A stretch of DNA of 42,042 bases, from the IMG/VR virus record IMGVR_UViG_3300044970_000547, positions 1-42,042 of that record. One strand, 5' to 3'. This document shows, in pieces, positions 1 to 8,103 of the stretch. Every line of letters begins with the position of its first letter. The first letter of the stretch is position 1. This DNA is from a virus. Lineage: Duplodnaviria; Caudoviricetes. A program made the position numbers and the translations under genes. The notes beneath the pieces are model-generated. The model was not told the DNA's origin. It saw only the letters and a program-made list of their open reading frames with translations, and ran no database searches.

Positions 1-32
1 ACACACGTGTTCATTGATCTTTAAGATCAACG

Positions 33-70
<38 letters not shown>

Positions 71-205
71 CACTGCCCAGGCCACACAGAGCGGCTTATA
101 AGCAGCTAAGTGTATCCACGATAACCCATTGATAAGGCTACCTTATCTGCTGCGGCAGTGTGCTAAACACACAGACCCTGACAGGGCATAGTGGTATACA
201 CTATG

Positions 206-234
206 TTGACATAGTGTAACAGCTATGTTACTTT
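206..234 (+). promoter_or_regulatory. sigma70-type early promoter
   Basis: TTGACA-17 nt-TACTTT with TGn extended -10, upstream of the ORF at 265. Confidence 0.7.
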
Positions 235-264
235 ACATATGCTTTGAGAAAGGGAGACACAGTA

Positions 265-477
265 ATGCAGATAACACAAAGGTTAATGGATAAGGCACGC
301 GAAGCAGGCTACACATGCAATGCTAAAGGATTGTATGAGCCTGTGCCTGCTAACATGTGTTTCACACATCCACGTCAGGCAGGATCATTTGTGTTCCGAC
401 ATAGGTTGATCCTTTCAACCATGCGACTGACACACAATCAAGCAATAGAATTGCTTGATGATAAGGTCGATGCTTAG
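265..477 (+). CDS. hypothetical early protein (70 aa)
   Basis: ORF with AAGGGAG SD; start moved to ATG 265. Confidence 0.65.
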   Translation: MQITQRLMDKAREAGYTCNAKGLYEPVPANMCFTHPRQAGSFVFRHRLILSTMRLTHNQAIELLDDKVDA

Positions 478-503
478 TTAACACAGTGAAGGAAGACACA
501 GTA

Positions 504-731
504 ATGCAGTATAACCGCAACGATCTAGTGATCGTATCTAAGGTTAACCAAGGTTGGACAGAAGGGAAGCACCCTGACGCCACTGAGGTGTGCTATTCAT
601 GCAATGGCATGGATATCACCGAGGCAGAGTATTGCACACTCCTTAACGTGTTGGCACGTTGGGAGTGTGAGATGCTCGCCAATCAGCCGCAGTTTCTGCG
701 TGAGGATACTTCACCGCATCCCATGCTGTGA
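504..731 (+). CDS. hypothetical early protein
   Basis: ORF with AAGGAAG SD; same AGACACAGTAATGCAG start context as the previous gene. Confidence 0.7.
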   Translation: MQYNRNDLVIVSKVNQGWTEGKHPDATEVCYSCNGMDITEAEYCTLLNVLARWECEMLANQPQFLREDTSPHPML

Positions 732-738
732 ACAACAC

Positions 739-772
739 ACTGTGTCGATGATCTAACAGTCATCGACACAGT
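739..772 (+). other. stem-loop with CTAACA loop (terminator or mRNA stabiliser)
   Basis: ACTGTGTCGATGA / TCATCGACACAGT 13-bp inverted repeat just after a stop codon; no U-tract. Confidence 0.7.
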
Positions 773-802
773 AACACAGTAACACAGTAAAGGAACACTA
801 TC

Positions 803-991
803 ATGTCAGATTGGCAACGCACAGCGTCGAGTGTCGAACACAATGATGCACTCGAATGTGGCTTCTATGATCTACAGTTATCAGCACTGCCTGTGACGGA
901 CGAGTCAGATCGTATGGGCAATGGTCGTATGTATCTGATAGATTGCCAGGATTTCTTTGGCAATGCTCTTGCATGTATGTATGAGGAATAG
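803..991 (+). CDS. small acidic hypothetical protein
   Basis: 62-aa ORF with AAGGA SD. Confidence 0.65.
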   Translation: MSDWQRTASSVEHNDALECGFYDLQLSALPVTDESDRMGNGRMYLIDCQDFFGNALACMYEE

Positions 992-998
992 CCTACAC

Positions 999-1027
999 TT
1001 GACTTAACAATGTATCTATGATACATT
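999..1027 (+). promoter_or_regulatory. sigma70-type promoter
   Basis: TTGACT-17 nt-TACATT with TGn extension. Confidence 0.75.
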
Positions 1028-1080
1028 ACTCAAACAACATCGAAGAAGGTGTTGTTGTTAACACAGAAAGGGATAAGACA

Positions 1081-1458
1081 ATGAACACACCGTATACGGC
1101 GCATGTTACGCCGGTTACGCCGAGTGTATATGAATACACTGTTAGCCTTGGACACAGGGATTTCGCAGCGCGTAATATCTATGCCATCAAGGCGGTGCGC
1201 ACCATTGCGATTGCTTGGGCGGATCGCAACGAGTATCGTGGCGCTCATACCCTGGCAAGTCTGAGAGAGGCGAAGAACTTTGTTGAGTCCATCATAGCGA
1301 CGGCCATGGCGGCTACCGTACGTACATCCATGATAGACGCAGCATTCGTTAGCTTCGTCGTTACCATGCCGCCGGAGGATGAGAACATCCATGAGGCATT
1401 GATCGCCACGGTGCTCTGTCACCTCCGCGTGCCGTTCACTCTGGAACGCAAGATGTAA
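1081..1458 (+). CDS. protein with ribosomal bL12 (L7/L12) C-terminal-like motif
   Basis: IYAIKAVRTI...SLREAKNFVES resembles the bL12 CTD signature KIxxIKxVR...GLKEAKxxVE; start at ATG 1081 after AAAGGGA. Confidence 0.55.
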   Translation: MNTPYTAHVTPVTPSVYEYTVSLGHRDFAARNIYAIKAVRTIAIAWADRNEYRGAHTLASLREAKNFVESIIATAMAATVRTSMIDAAFVSFVVTMPPEDENIHEALIATVLCHLRVPFTLERKM

Positions 1459-1477
1459 CACAAGTTAACACAATAAC

Positions 1478-1510
1478 AGCCCCGTAGTGGTAACACACTG
1501 CGGGGCTTTT
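1478..1510 (+). terminator. intrinsic terminator with GTAACA loop
   Basis: 12-bp stem AGCCCCGTAGTG / CACTGCGGGGCT followed by TTT. Confidence 0.8.
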
Positions 1511-1525
1511 CGCATGAGGTATGTC

Positions 1526-1804
1526 ATGGCTCGTAAGCCTGATGGTAAGATTGTCTATGATGACATAGACGAACGATACTTCAATGAAGACTACGAATAT
1601 GATGGTGACCCTGATCTTGCTTATCAGACACCATTCGCTGATCCTGGCGGACGTTCATCACTCCGCGCTGCGTCGAAGCGTAACCCACGGATACATCCGT
1701 GTCCTGAGTGTGAACGTGAGAACACACTCACGGCTGCTGACGTAGCATTGGGCTATCAATGTGACGCTTGTGCTGATGAAGCAGAGAGGGGAGGACCGTT
1801 CTAA
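1526..1804 (+). CDS. hypothetical Zn-finger-like protein
   Basis: CPEC...CDAC pairs, acidic N-terminus, GAGGT SD before ATG 1526. Confidence 0.75.
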   Translation: MARKPDGKIVYDDIDERYFNEDYEYDGDPDLAYQTPFADPGGRSSLRAASKRNPRIHPCPECERENTLTAADVALGYQCDACADEAERGGPF

Positions 1805-1983
1805 TGTCAAAGACATGTTCATGTGACTCTGGCCTACCACGCCGTGAGCTATACGACGCACGCGGTATCTTCTGCTGCTTCATCTGTGACTCATGTGCGA
1901 CTCGAAAGCGTGAACACTACCGTGCAGAGATATTTGCCGACAGTTACTATGAGACAACGGAGGACATTGAAGATGACTACTGA
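1804..1983 (+). CDS. small Cys-rich hypothetical protein (59 aa, missing from the ORF track)
   Basis: TAATG overlap; translates MSKTCSCDSGLPRRELYDARGIFCCFICDSCATRKREHYRAEIFADSYYETTEDIEDDY. Confidence 0.7.
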   Translation: MSKTCSCDSGLPRRELYDARGIFCCFICDSCATRKREHYRAEIFADSYYETTEDIEDDY

Positions 1984-2227
1984 CACACAGAGCAACAAGC
2001 CTCGGCTTATCTGCACCATTGCACGTGAGATACGTGCTGATTGGAAGAAGCCATACTTCGGTGCTGTTCCATACCTGGATGCGATGCGTGATCTGTATTC
2101 TATTACAGATGACTACGGTGCTGACTCTGCTAAGAGCATCATCATCTACTTCCTATCCAACGCCGCCACATGGCGTGGTGAAGTAGCACGTAGAGTGAAG
2201 AAGGAATTGAAGGAGATGGTGAAATGA
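1973..2227 (+). CDS. hypothetical phage protein (84 aa)
   Basis: GGAGG SD before ATG 1973; IAREIRADWKKPYFGAVPYL...FLSNAATWRGE. Confidence 0.8.
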   Translation: MTTDTQSNKPRLICTIAREIRADWKKPYFGAVPYLDAMRDLYSITDDYGADSAKSIIIYFLSNAATWRGEVARRVKKELKEMVK

Positions 2228-2367
2228 GTTGGGTCATCTACACGTTGAACAAGCGTGGCATCTGGCAAGATGACATGAGTGTTAACAACTTCCATGTTGC
2301 ATTGGATATGCAACAGTTCACTGAGTATACACTCGGTGTAGCATGTGCCATTCGTCAAGGATACTGA
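2224..2367 (+). CDS. small hypothetical protein (47 aa, missing from the ORF track)
   Basis: ATGA overlap with the upstream stop; ends 1 nt before the ThyX ATG. Confidence 0.55.
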   Translation: MSWVIYTLNKRGIWQDDMSVNNFHVALDMQQFTEYTLGVACAIRQGY

Positions 2368-2368
2368 C

Positions 2369-3175
2369 ATGATAACAGCAGATATCATTGCTGACTCGAT
2401 CAGCAGTGCAGACAAGCGTATCACTACACTTAGTCTATACTATCCACGGTTCATCCATGCAGAGTTCATGACTCACCGCATGTTTAGCCGCAACGCGAGT
2501 AGCTCACGAGCTATTCCAACGGAGAAGCTGATACAAGATATCATTGATAACCCAGTAGAGCCTGTCTACTGGGGTAAGAATATGAAAGGGATGCAAGCGC
2601 AGGAGGAACTCACAGGTTGGGAACACGCAGAAGCACAGATGTGGTGGCGTATTGCTAGAACAGATGCACTTACGTATGCAGGTATGATGGCAGGATGTGG
2701 CGCACACAAGCAGATCGTTAACCGTATCCTCGAACCTTACTCACACATCCGTGTATGCGTTACCGCCACTGAATGGGATAACTTCTTCAAGCTACGCTTA
2801 CATCCTGCTGCTCAGCCAGAGATGCAAGCGTTAGCTAAGGCAATGAAGGATGCAATGGATGCGTCTACGCCCATGGTGCGTAGCCTTGGTGAATGGCATC
2901 TGCCTTACGTCACTGAAGGAGAGCGTATCGAACATGGTAAGTTCGTCTGTCTACAGTTAAGTGTAGCACGATGTGCGCGTGTATCCTATCGCCTACATGA
3001 TGGCACATACTCCAGTGTGGATAATGATGTCGCACTATGTATGCGTTTATCTAATGAAGGGCATATGTCACCATATGAGCATCAAGCAGAGCCTAGTGTT
3101 CACAAACACATGTCAAGTAATAACCTCCGTGGTTGGTTCCAATACCGCGCTGCGGTAGAGGCAGACTTGACTTAA
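2369..3175 (+). CDS. thyX: FAD-dependent thymidylate synthase (phage Thy1/ThyX type)
   Basis: RFIHAEFMTHRMFSRNASSSRAIP motif, HKQIVNRILEP, NFFKLR...AQPE, SVARCARVSY, HMSPYEHQA. Confidence 0.9.
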   Translation: MITADIIADSISSADKRITTLSLYYPRFIHAEFMTHRMFSRNASSSRAIPTEKLIQDIIDNPVEPVYWGKNMKGMQAQEELTGWEHAEAQMWWRIARTDALTYAGMMAGCGAHKQIVNRILEPYSHIRVCVTATEWDNFFKLRLHPAAQPEMQALAKAMKDAMDASTPMVRSLGEWHLPYVTEGERIEHGKFVCLQLSVARCARVSYRLHDGTYSSVDNDVALCMRLSNEGHMSPYEHQAEPSVHKHMSSNNLRGWFQYRAAVEADLT

Positions 3176-3195
3176 CAACTATTGTATGCTACAAT
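3167..3195 (+). promoter_or_regulatory. sigma70-type promoter
   Basis: TTGACT-17 nt-TACAAT with TGn extension. Confidence 0.85.
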
Positions 3196-3220
3196 GCTTA
3201 CACAATAGAGGAAGGATGAC

Positions 3221-3484
3221 ATGCCAAGCGGCACATTGTTTGCTAAACGTCACTATGATTACCTCGCAGCATGGTGGCGCACCGAACCATTGCACCGTCC
3301 TGCTGTCCGCGTAGCCTTGCTACGCTTTACAGTAGAACTGCGAAGGACACAGAGTAACTTCCATGCTACACGCTTTCTGCAAGCGTGTGGTTACACACGT
3401 GGAGTAGCTGAACAGATGGCAGCACAAGTCGATGACGCCTATAATCAGGCTAACCATCCAATCAACAAAGTTGTTGACGACTAA
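3221..3484 (+). CDS. hypothetical protein
   Basis: 87-aa ORF with AGGAAGGA SD, downstream of a promoter. Confidence 0.75.
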   Translation: MPSGTLFAKRHYDYLAAWWRTEPLHRPAVRVALLRFTVELRRTQSNFHATRFLQACGYTRGVAEQMAAQVDDAYNQANHPINKVVDD

Positions 3485-3629
3485 GCGCGTTGACAACGGT
3501 TGGCTAGTGTGGATAGCAGGCTCACCAGAGACTGCGTATCACACATACATACACCTCTATGACACTGGCGACATAGAACGTGTGACTGAGGGGCCAGATA
3601 CAATAGATGTAGTCAAGCTACAACAGTAA
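3432..3629 (+). CDS. hypothetical protein (start uncertain, possibly TTG near 3471-3474)
   Basis: ORF fills the gap between co-oriented genes. Confidence 0.55.
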   Translation: MTPIIRLTIQSTKLLTTKRVDNGWLVWIAGSPETAYHTYIHLYDTGDIERVTEGPDTIDVVKLQQ

Positions 3630-3640
3630 AGGGTAATACC

Positions 3641-3988
3641 ATGGACAAGCATCTCATGTTTGAACACATGCTCCGTGAGCATGTGAATGTGCAATACGAT
3701 CGTTGCCGCCAAGTCCTGGCTGACAACGGAATAGGTGAATACTCACAGGATGTGGACCTCAGCTACAGTGGCAGCGATGGTGGATCGTGGACGGCACACA
3801 AGTATCTAGCTAAAGGTAGCATCACCTTCAAGGCTGCTGAGCTTGAAGCTGCTGTCGATGGGTGGATCATGATGTATGAAGCGCAGAACCGGACTAAGGT
3901 TCTGCGTAGCATGATTGCTGGTCCGCAGGCATCCATTGTCAATAGTCCGTCGAAGTCGGACACTGATGGCGACAACACCTCCTTCTAA
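3641..3988 (+). CDS. hypothetical protein
   Basis: 115-aa ORF with AAGGG SD. Confidence 0.75.
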   Translation: MDKHLMFEHMLREHVNVQYDRCRQVLADNGIGEYSQDVDLSYSGSDGGSWTAHKYLAKGSITFKAAELEAAVDGWIMMYEAQNRTKVLRSMIAGPQASIVNSPSKSDTDGDNTSF

Positions 3989-3995
3989 CTACAAC

Positions 3996-4018
3996 GTAGC
4001 CATGTAACACATGGCTAC
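3996..4018 (+). other. stem-loop with TAACA loop immediately upstream of the tRNA
   Basis: GTAGCCATG TAACA CATGGCTAC followed by TCTTT. Confidence 0.7.
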
Positions 4019-4023
4019 TCTTT

Positions 4024-4107
4024 CTGCGCGTGGCGGAACGGTAGACGCAGTAGACTTAAAATCTACAGTCGTGAGACGTGGGAGTTCGAGTCTCCCCGCG
4101 CAGACCA
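4024..4107 (+). tRNA. tRNA-Leu (anticodon UAA) with encoded CCA
   Basis: Acceptor CTGCGCG/CGCGCAG, D-arm with GG, anticodon arm GTAGA CTTAAAA TCTAC, long variable arm, T-arm GGGAG TTCGAGT CTCCC, A73 then CCA. Confidence 0.95.
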
Positions 4108-4125
4108 CTGATGAAGGATAAGACA

Positions 4126-4548
4126 ATGAACCATGCTGAATGCCAAGTATCCATTGATAAGCTAATCAATGGTATCGGTTCCAAGTGCGGACCGAAGTTG
4201 GTCAAAGCCAACGATCCACTCGATGCTGCTGCACAAGAGTATGCTATTGCAAAGATGGCTGCTGATAGCGCAGAGGATCGTGCTAAGATCGCACGTGAGA
4301 AGCTACTCATTGAGATGGCACCCATCATGCCTGATGTTAAAGGCAAGCATCTTGTGCATGACAGTTCCGTTGTCAATGTAGTAGTGCAGCTTGTGGCTAA
4401 CCCTTCACGTATCGTTGAAGCTAAGGTGCTCAACCTACTTGTGACCAAGTTCGGTTGCTCACTGACAGAGGCAGCGGCTATTATTGAGAAGGAGTGTAAG
4501 TCAGAAAGTGCTGGCTTCCAGAACAGGCTTAGTGTATTGTTGAAGTAA
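4126..4548 (+). CDS. hypothetical protein
   Basis: Start moved to ATG 4126 (AAGGA SD) so the gene clears the tRNA. Confidence 0.75.
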   Translation: MNHAECQVSIDKLINGIGSKCGPKLVKANDPLDAAAQEYAIAKMAADSAEDRAKIAREKLLIEMAPIMPDVKGKHLVHDSSVVNVVVQLVANPSRIVEAKVLNLLVTKFGCSLTEAAAIIEKECKSESAGFQNRLSVLLK

Positions 4549-4684
4549 CAACAGGACAGAATGACCGGCGGGGTTTCCCCTTCGCCTGACCACCTATGCT
4601 CCGCTGTTAGCGCAGTGTCGAGCAACGCTACACTGAGTGGTAACGTCGGTAAGGTGTAGCACCTTATATGAAGGAGACAACGTA

Positions 4685-4831
4685 ATGTCTGATGACTACA
4701 AAGTATCATCCAAGCTGGATGAACTTGATCTATGCAAACTCATTGCATCTGAATTGGAACACGGTCCACATACTGTAGAGGAAATCTACGGCATGCTGCT
4801 GCTTATCCTACGATTGAAGGACAAACGGTAA
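4685..4831 (+). CDS. small hypothetical protein
   Basis: AAGGAG SD before ATG 4685; TAATG overlap with the next gene. Confidence 0.65.
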   Translation: MSDDYKVSSKLDELDLCKLIASELEHGPHTVEEIYGMLLLILRLKDKR

Positions 4832-5244
4832 TGCACAAAGACGAAGTTATGGACATTGCACATCGTGTGTCAGACATGACACTCGATGATCTTATCACAG
4901 CGTATGGTAAGTTCCATGCGGAGGTGGAGAATACACCTAATCACTTTCCCAAAGTGTTAGATGACTCGCTCGTGCGCAGTGAAGGCAAGTCTCACAACTG
5001 GCAACGTGGTCTACACGCTGCCATTGGTCTATCCACTGAAGCAGCAGAGATACTCGATGCACACAAGAAAGAACTCTACGGTAAACAGCGTAAGCTGTCA
5101 CCAGCTAACATGCGTGAAGAATGTGGTGACACATACTTCTACCTCCATCTACTGATGGATGCGTACGGCTTCACGCTACGTGATATCATCGCTGACAACG
5201 TCATCAAGCTAGCTAACAGATACATTGAGAAGTTCGATGTATGA
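4831..5244 (+). CDS. MazG-like nucleotide pyrophosphohydrolase
   Basis: HAAIGLSTEAAEILDAHKK...EECGDTYFY...NVIKLANRY (ExxE and EExGD motifs). Confidence 0.85.
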   Translation: MHKDEVMDIAHRVSDMTLDDLITAYGKFHAEVENTPNHFPKVLDDSLVRSEGKSHNWQRGLHAAIGLSTEAAEILDAHKKELYGKQRKLSPANMREECGDTYFYLHLLMDAYGFTLRDIIADNVIKLANRYIEKFDV

Positions 5245-5323
5245 CTCGTTAGTCACAATGATAACTGCCATTGGCATTGTCATTGTCACATACGGTGTGT
5301 TGATACTCTACATCATGTGGTAG
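5237..5323 (+). CDS. 28-aa single-TM microprotein (missing from the ORF track)
   Basis: MYDSLVTMITAIGIVIVTYGVLILYIMW fills the gap between the MazG-like and Lar-like genes. Confidence 0.45.
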   Translation: MYDSLVTMITAIGIVIVTYGVLILYIMW

Positions 5324-5340
5324 TACAGGAGGAAACGTCC

Positions 5341-5580
5341 ATGACACAAGCTAACTGCTTCTTCTGTTCAGATCGTACAACGATCGAACGGTTCGGTAAA
5401 CCGTGGGCTGTGCAGTGTGTTAACGCTGCATGTGGTGCACAAGGCCCACTGCATGAGCGTAGATGCGCTGCTGTTGAAGCATGGAATGGTATCGCTGCAC
5501 GATTAGGTGCTGCGTCGCCTACGCCACACATGCCTATGCTCTTTGTCAGAGCTGCGCCACTTGACTTAACCTCTCACTAA
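5341..5580 (+). CDS. Lar-like restriction alleviation family Zn-ribbon protein
   Basis: CFFC...VQC...CGAQGP...AVEAWN pattern; AGGAGG SD. Confidence 0.7.
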   Translation: MTQANCFFCSDRTTIERFGKPWAVQCVNAACGAQGPLHERRCAAVEAWNGIAARLGAASPTPHMPMLFVRAAPLDLTSH

Positions 5581-5589
5581 TGCTATGAT
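5561..5589 (+). promoter_or_regulatory. sigma70-type promoter with a perfect 18-bp palindrome over the -10
   Basis: TTGACT-17 nt-TATGAT with TGn; TATGATCTATAGATCATA at 5584-5601. Confidence 0.8.
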
Positions 5590-5617
5590 CTATAGATCAT
5601 AACGGAGTAATCATGAC

Positions 5618-5836
5618 GTGGCAGTCATTCCAATGCAGTTAGTATCAGTTACACCGAAGTCAGAACGTGGTCGTCGCAGCAATGCTGAATGGTCTATCAC
5701 ATATGATATGACTAATAAGCTATGGCACTGGTCTGTGACCATTACACTGTCACCGCAGGTATTCAAGGGTGAGGCTGCCACACTAGCCGATGCTCGGAAG
5801 GAGGTAGCACAGTGTATGCCTAATCATAAGCTATGA
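5618..5836 (+). CDS. hypothetical protein
   Basis: GGAG SD, GTG start, ATGA overlap with the next gene. Confidence 0.7.
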   Translation: MAVIPMQLVSVTPKSERGRRSNAEWSITYDMTNKLWHWSVTITLSPQVFKGEAATLADARKEVAQCMPNHKL

Positions 5837-6129
5837 TCCATGTCGATGACAATGCTATGTCACGTAAGCTATTCATTGAGATGTTACCTACAGATCAGGA
5901 AGCATTCCTCAAGGGCATACGTGAGCGTAGGCTAACCTCTGCTAAGAAGCATGAAGACCTCATGCAGCAGAAGCAGATTGTCAAGGACAGTAAGACACGA
6001 GAGTTGATTGTTAAAGAAGGTGCAATGATGGAGAAGGAACTCCTAGCATTGGATAAGGCAATCGACAAGGTAGAGAAACGCGCAGCACGTCTTGCTGCAT
6101 TACAAGTAATGGTGGATGCTGAGCAATGA
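5833..6129 (+). CDS. hypothetical coiled-coil protein
   Basis: Helical, charged 98-aa ORF in a coupled operon. Confidence 0.75.
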   Translation: MIHVDDNAMSRKLFIEMLPTDQEAFLKGIRERRLTSAKKHEDLMQQKQIVKDSKTRELIVKEGAMMEKELLALDKAIDKVEKRAARLAALQVMVDAEQ

Positions 6130-6500
6130 GCATTATTACTGACACTGATGACGTGCCTGAGTATGTGATGCAGGAACTGGTACAGTCTGCTGAGCAGGCT
6201 GAAGTTCTGTATCAGAGCTTCGTTAAGAAGGTTGTATCTGCCGAGGGCAATGCTATTGAAGATGCAAGCATTGAACTCTTTGTAGTTATGCGGGCTACGC
6301 TGCCTACGGATAGTGATGAAGCTGCGTCACAGTTTCTAGCCGCCGCTCGTCTTAACTGTTTGCTTATCGCACAGCTGCGTCAGCATCTAGATAAGGTAGG
6401 CACACCTGTATCTTTCGATGCGTGTAATCTATTCATGCAGAAGCTGACTATGACTGTGCAGAAGGCAACGATCGGAGAGGAACATAACAATGTCCATTAA
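6126..6500 (+). CDS. hypothetical protein
   Basis: ATGA-coupled ORF. Confidence 0.75.
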   Translation: MSIITDTDDVPEYVMQELVQSAEQAEVLYQSFVKKVVSAEGNAIEDASIELFVVMRATLPTDSDEAASQFLAAARLNCLLIAQLRQHLDKVGTPVSFDACNLFMQKLTMTVQKATIGEEHNNVH

Positions 6501-6774
6501 GTCACGTGACATTGTTCTACTCGAACGTGAGTTAACAGGACAAATACATCCTGCCTTGTTAAAGATGCTTGTACGCATTGCTGAGGATCACAATGCGATG
6601 AAGCAACAGATCATGACATTGGCTAGTCTCATGGATCGTATGGCTGATAATCAATCACATACGATCATGGCTACGAAGCAGTTGCAAGCTGCATTGCCAC
6701 TGCACAAGCGTGCTAAGGAGTTAGCTATCCGTGTAGGCAGTGATCCAACACTGACAGGTGAGCATGATGAATGA
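6490..6774 (+). CDS. hypothetical protein
   Basis: GGAGAGGA SD; overlapping operon. Confidence 0.75.
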   Translation: MSIKSRDIVLLERELTGQIHPALLKMLVRIAEDHNAMKQQIMTLASLMDRMADNQSHTIMATKQLQAALPLHKRAKELAIRVGSDPTLTGEHDE

Positions 6775-7015
6775 TCGCATTCAACGTAAGCTCAAGCGTG
6801 AGCTACCTGGTGTAATGCAGGTAGCACGTAATGTGCCTAAGACGCCTAAGCAGGCGACAGGTTATCTGTCCATTCGACAGACACGCGTCGGCAACTACGT
6901 TGTCAGCGTAACAGGTAATACGAAGTCATCGAACCAACGCATTAATAGCCTCAATGAACTACTCACCTTCGTAGGTGATTGGGCTAGTGGACAATACAAT
7001 GAACAGAAGGATTAA
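6758..7015 (+). CDS. hypothetical protein
   Basis: Overlapping operon ORF; start may be 6764 or 6767. Confidence 0.65.
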   Translation: MSMMNDRIQRKLKRELPGVMQVARNVPKTPKQATGYLSIRQTRVGNYVVSVTGNTKSSNQRINSLNELLTFVGDWASGQYNEQKD

Positions 7016-7017
7016 CC

Positions 7018-8100
7018 ATGCGCCCATGGCAGAAGGTTAACATCGTCAAGGCTACAGCAGATGACATAGCTAGGCTAGAGTCATTCGACTACACTAAGCT
7101 GTCAGCTATTAACACATGTCCTACATGGGGTATCATTAGATACTCTAAGCATCTGACTATGCCCGGCGGCGGCCGTGCTATGGCACTCGAAGCAGGTAGT
7201 GCCATGCACGAATGCTTCTCTGTAATCAGGCTGATCCAGCTTGGACACATCCAAGGTCAGTGCCTAAGTGCACACATGCACTACCATGGTATCCGTCTGT
7301 TCGGTGAACAGCGATGGGCTACTATCATTGCAGGATGGAATGACTTAGACCTAAGCATATCCATGCGTAACGCTGCATTGGAATGCTTATCTACCGCAGG
7401 ATACGTCGATGACATGTATGACAGGAGACGTACTTACACTAACCTCGAAACATCCTTGTTATATTACGTTCAGCGATGGGACAGTAGCCGCTATCCCATT
7501 TGGGTTGAAGATGTCAATGATCCTACCGCCTGGGTCGGTATCGAGATCCCTTTTGCTATCAAAGTTAGCGCATATGGATGCGTCGATGACGGTGACTATC
7601 TCATCCATGAGTTCATCTACACAGGCCGTGTCGATGGACTCCACACAGACCGTGATGGAGCTTTGATTGTACAAGAGAACAAGACTGCATCACGCCTAGA
7701 CGACGCATGGCGTATGTCATTCGAGATGTCACATCAAGTGACAGGCTACAGCGTAGCTGCCTCACTGTGGTGCGGTCAGTCTGTCGAACGTGCGTTAGTC
7801 ATTGGCCTTACCATCCCACTACCACGTATGATGACTGATGGCATGGCCATTGAACAGGTCCGTCGTCCATCATGGACTAAGGAACGCTGGTTCAGTTGGC
7901 TAGAGCACACGATTGGGCTACATTTACAGCATGTAGATGATCCTATCAACGCACCGAAGTACACACATTCATGCAACAGATACTTCCGTCCTTGTGCATT
8001 CATTCCACTATGTGCTACTGATCCAGAGGATCAGAAGCTAGTGTATAGTGAGATGGTTAAGGAAGAATGGAGTCCATTGGTGGAGAAGGCAGGTGATTAA
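7018..8100 (+). CDS. PD-(D/E)XK (Cas4/AddB-like) exonuclease
   Basis: GSAMH, GRVDGL...QENKT catalytic motif, Q..GY, N-terminal Cys (NTCP) plus C-terminal CNRYFRPCAFIPLC iron-staple-type cysteines. Confidence 0.85.
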   Translation: MRPWQKVNIVKATADDIARLESFDYTKLSAINTCPTWGIIRYSKHLTMPGGGRAMALEAGSAMHECFSVIRLIQLGHIQGQCLSAHMHYHGIRLFGEQRWATIIAGWNDLDLSISMRNAALECLSTAGYVDDMYDRRRTYTNLETSLLYYVQRWDSSRYPIWVEDVNDPTAWVGIEIPFAIKVSAYGCVDDGDYLIHEFIYTGRVDGLHTDRDGALIVQENKTASRLDDAWRMSFEMSHQVTGYSVAASLWCGQSVERALVIGLTIPLPRMMTDGMAIEQVRRPSWTKERWFSWLEHTIGLHLQHVDDPINAPKYTHSCNRYFRPCAFIPLCATDPEDQKLVYSEMVKEEWSPLVEKAGD

Positions 8101-8103
8101 TTA

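Noticed and set aside
4056-4709. 217-aa minus-strand ORF
   Set aside because: Antisense to the tRNA and to a + strand gene with a good SD; no motif
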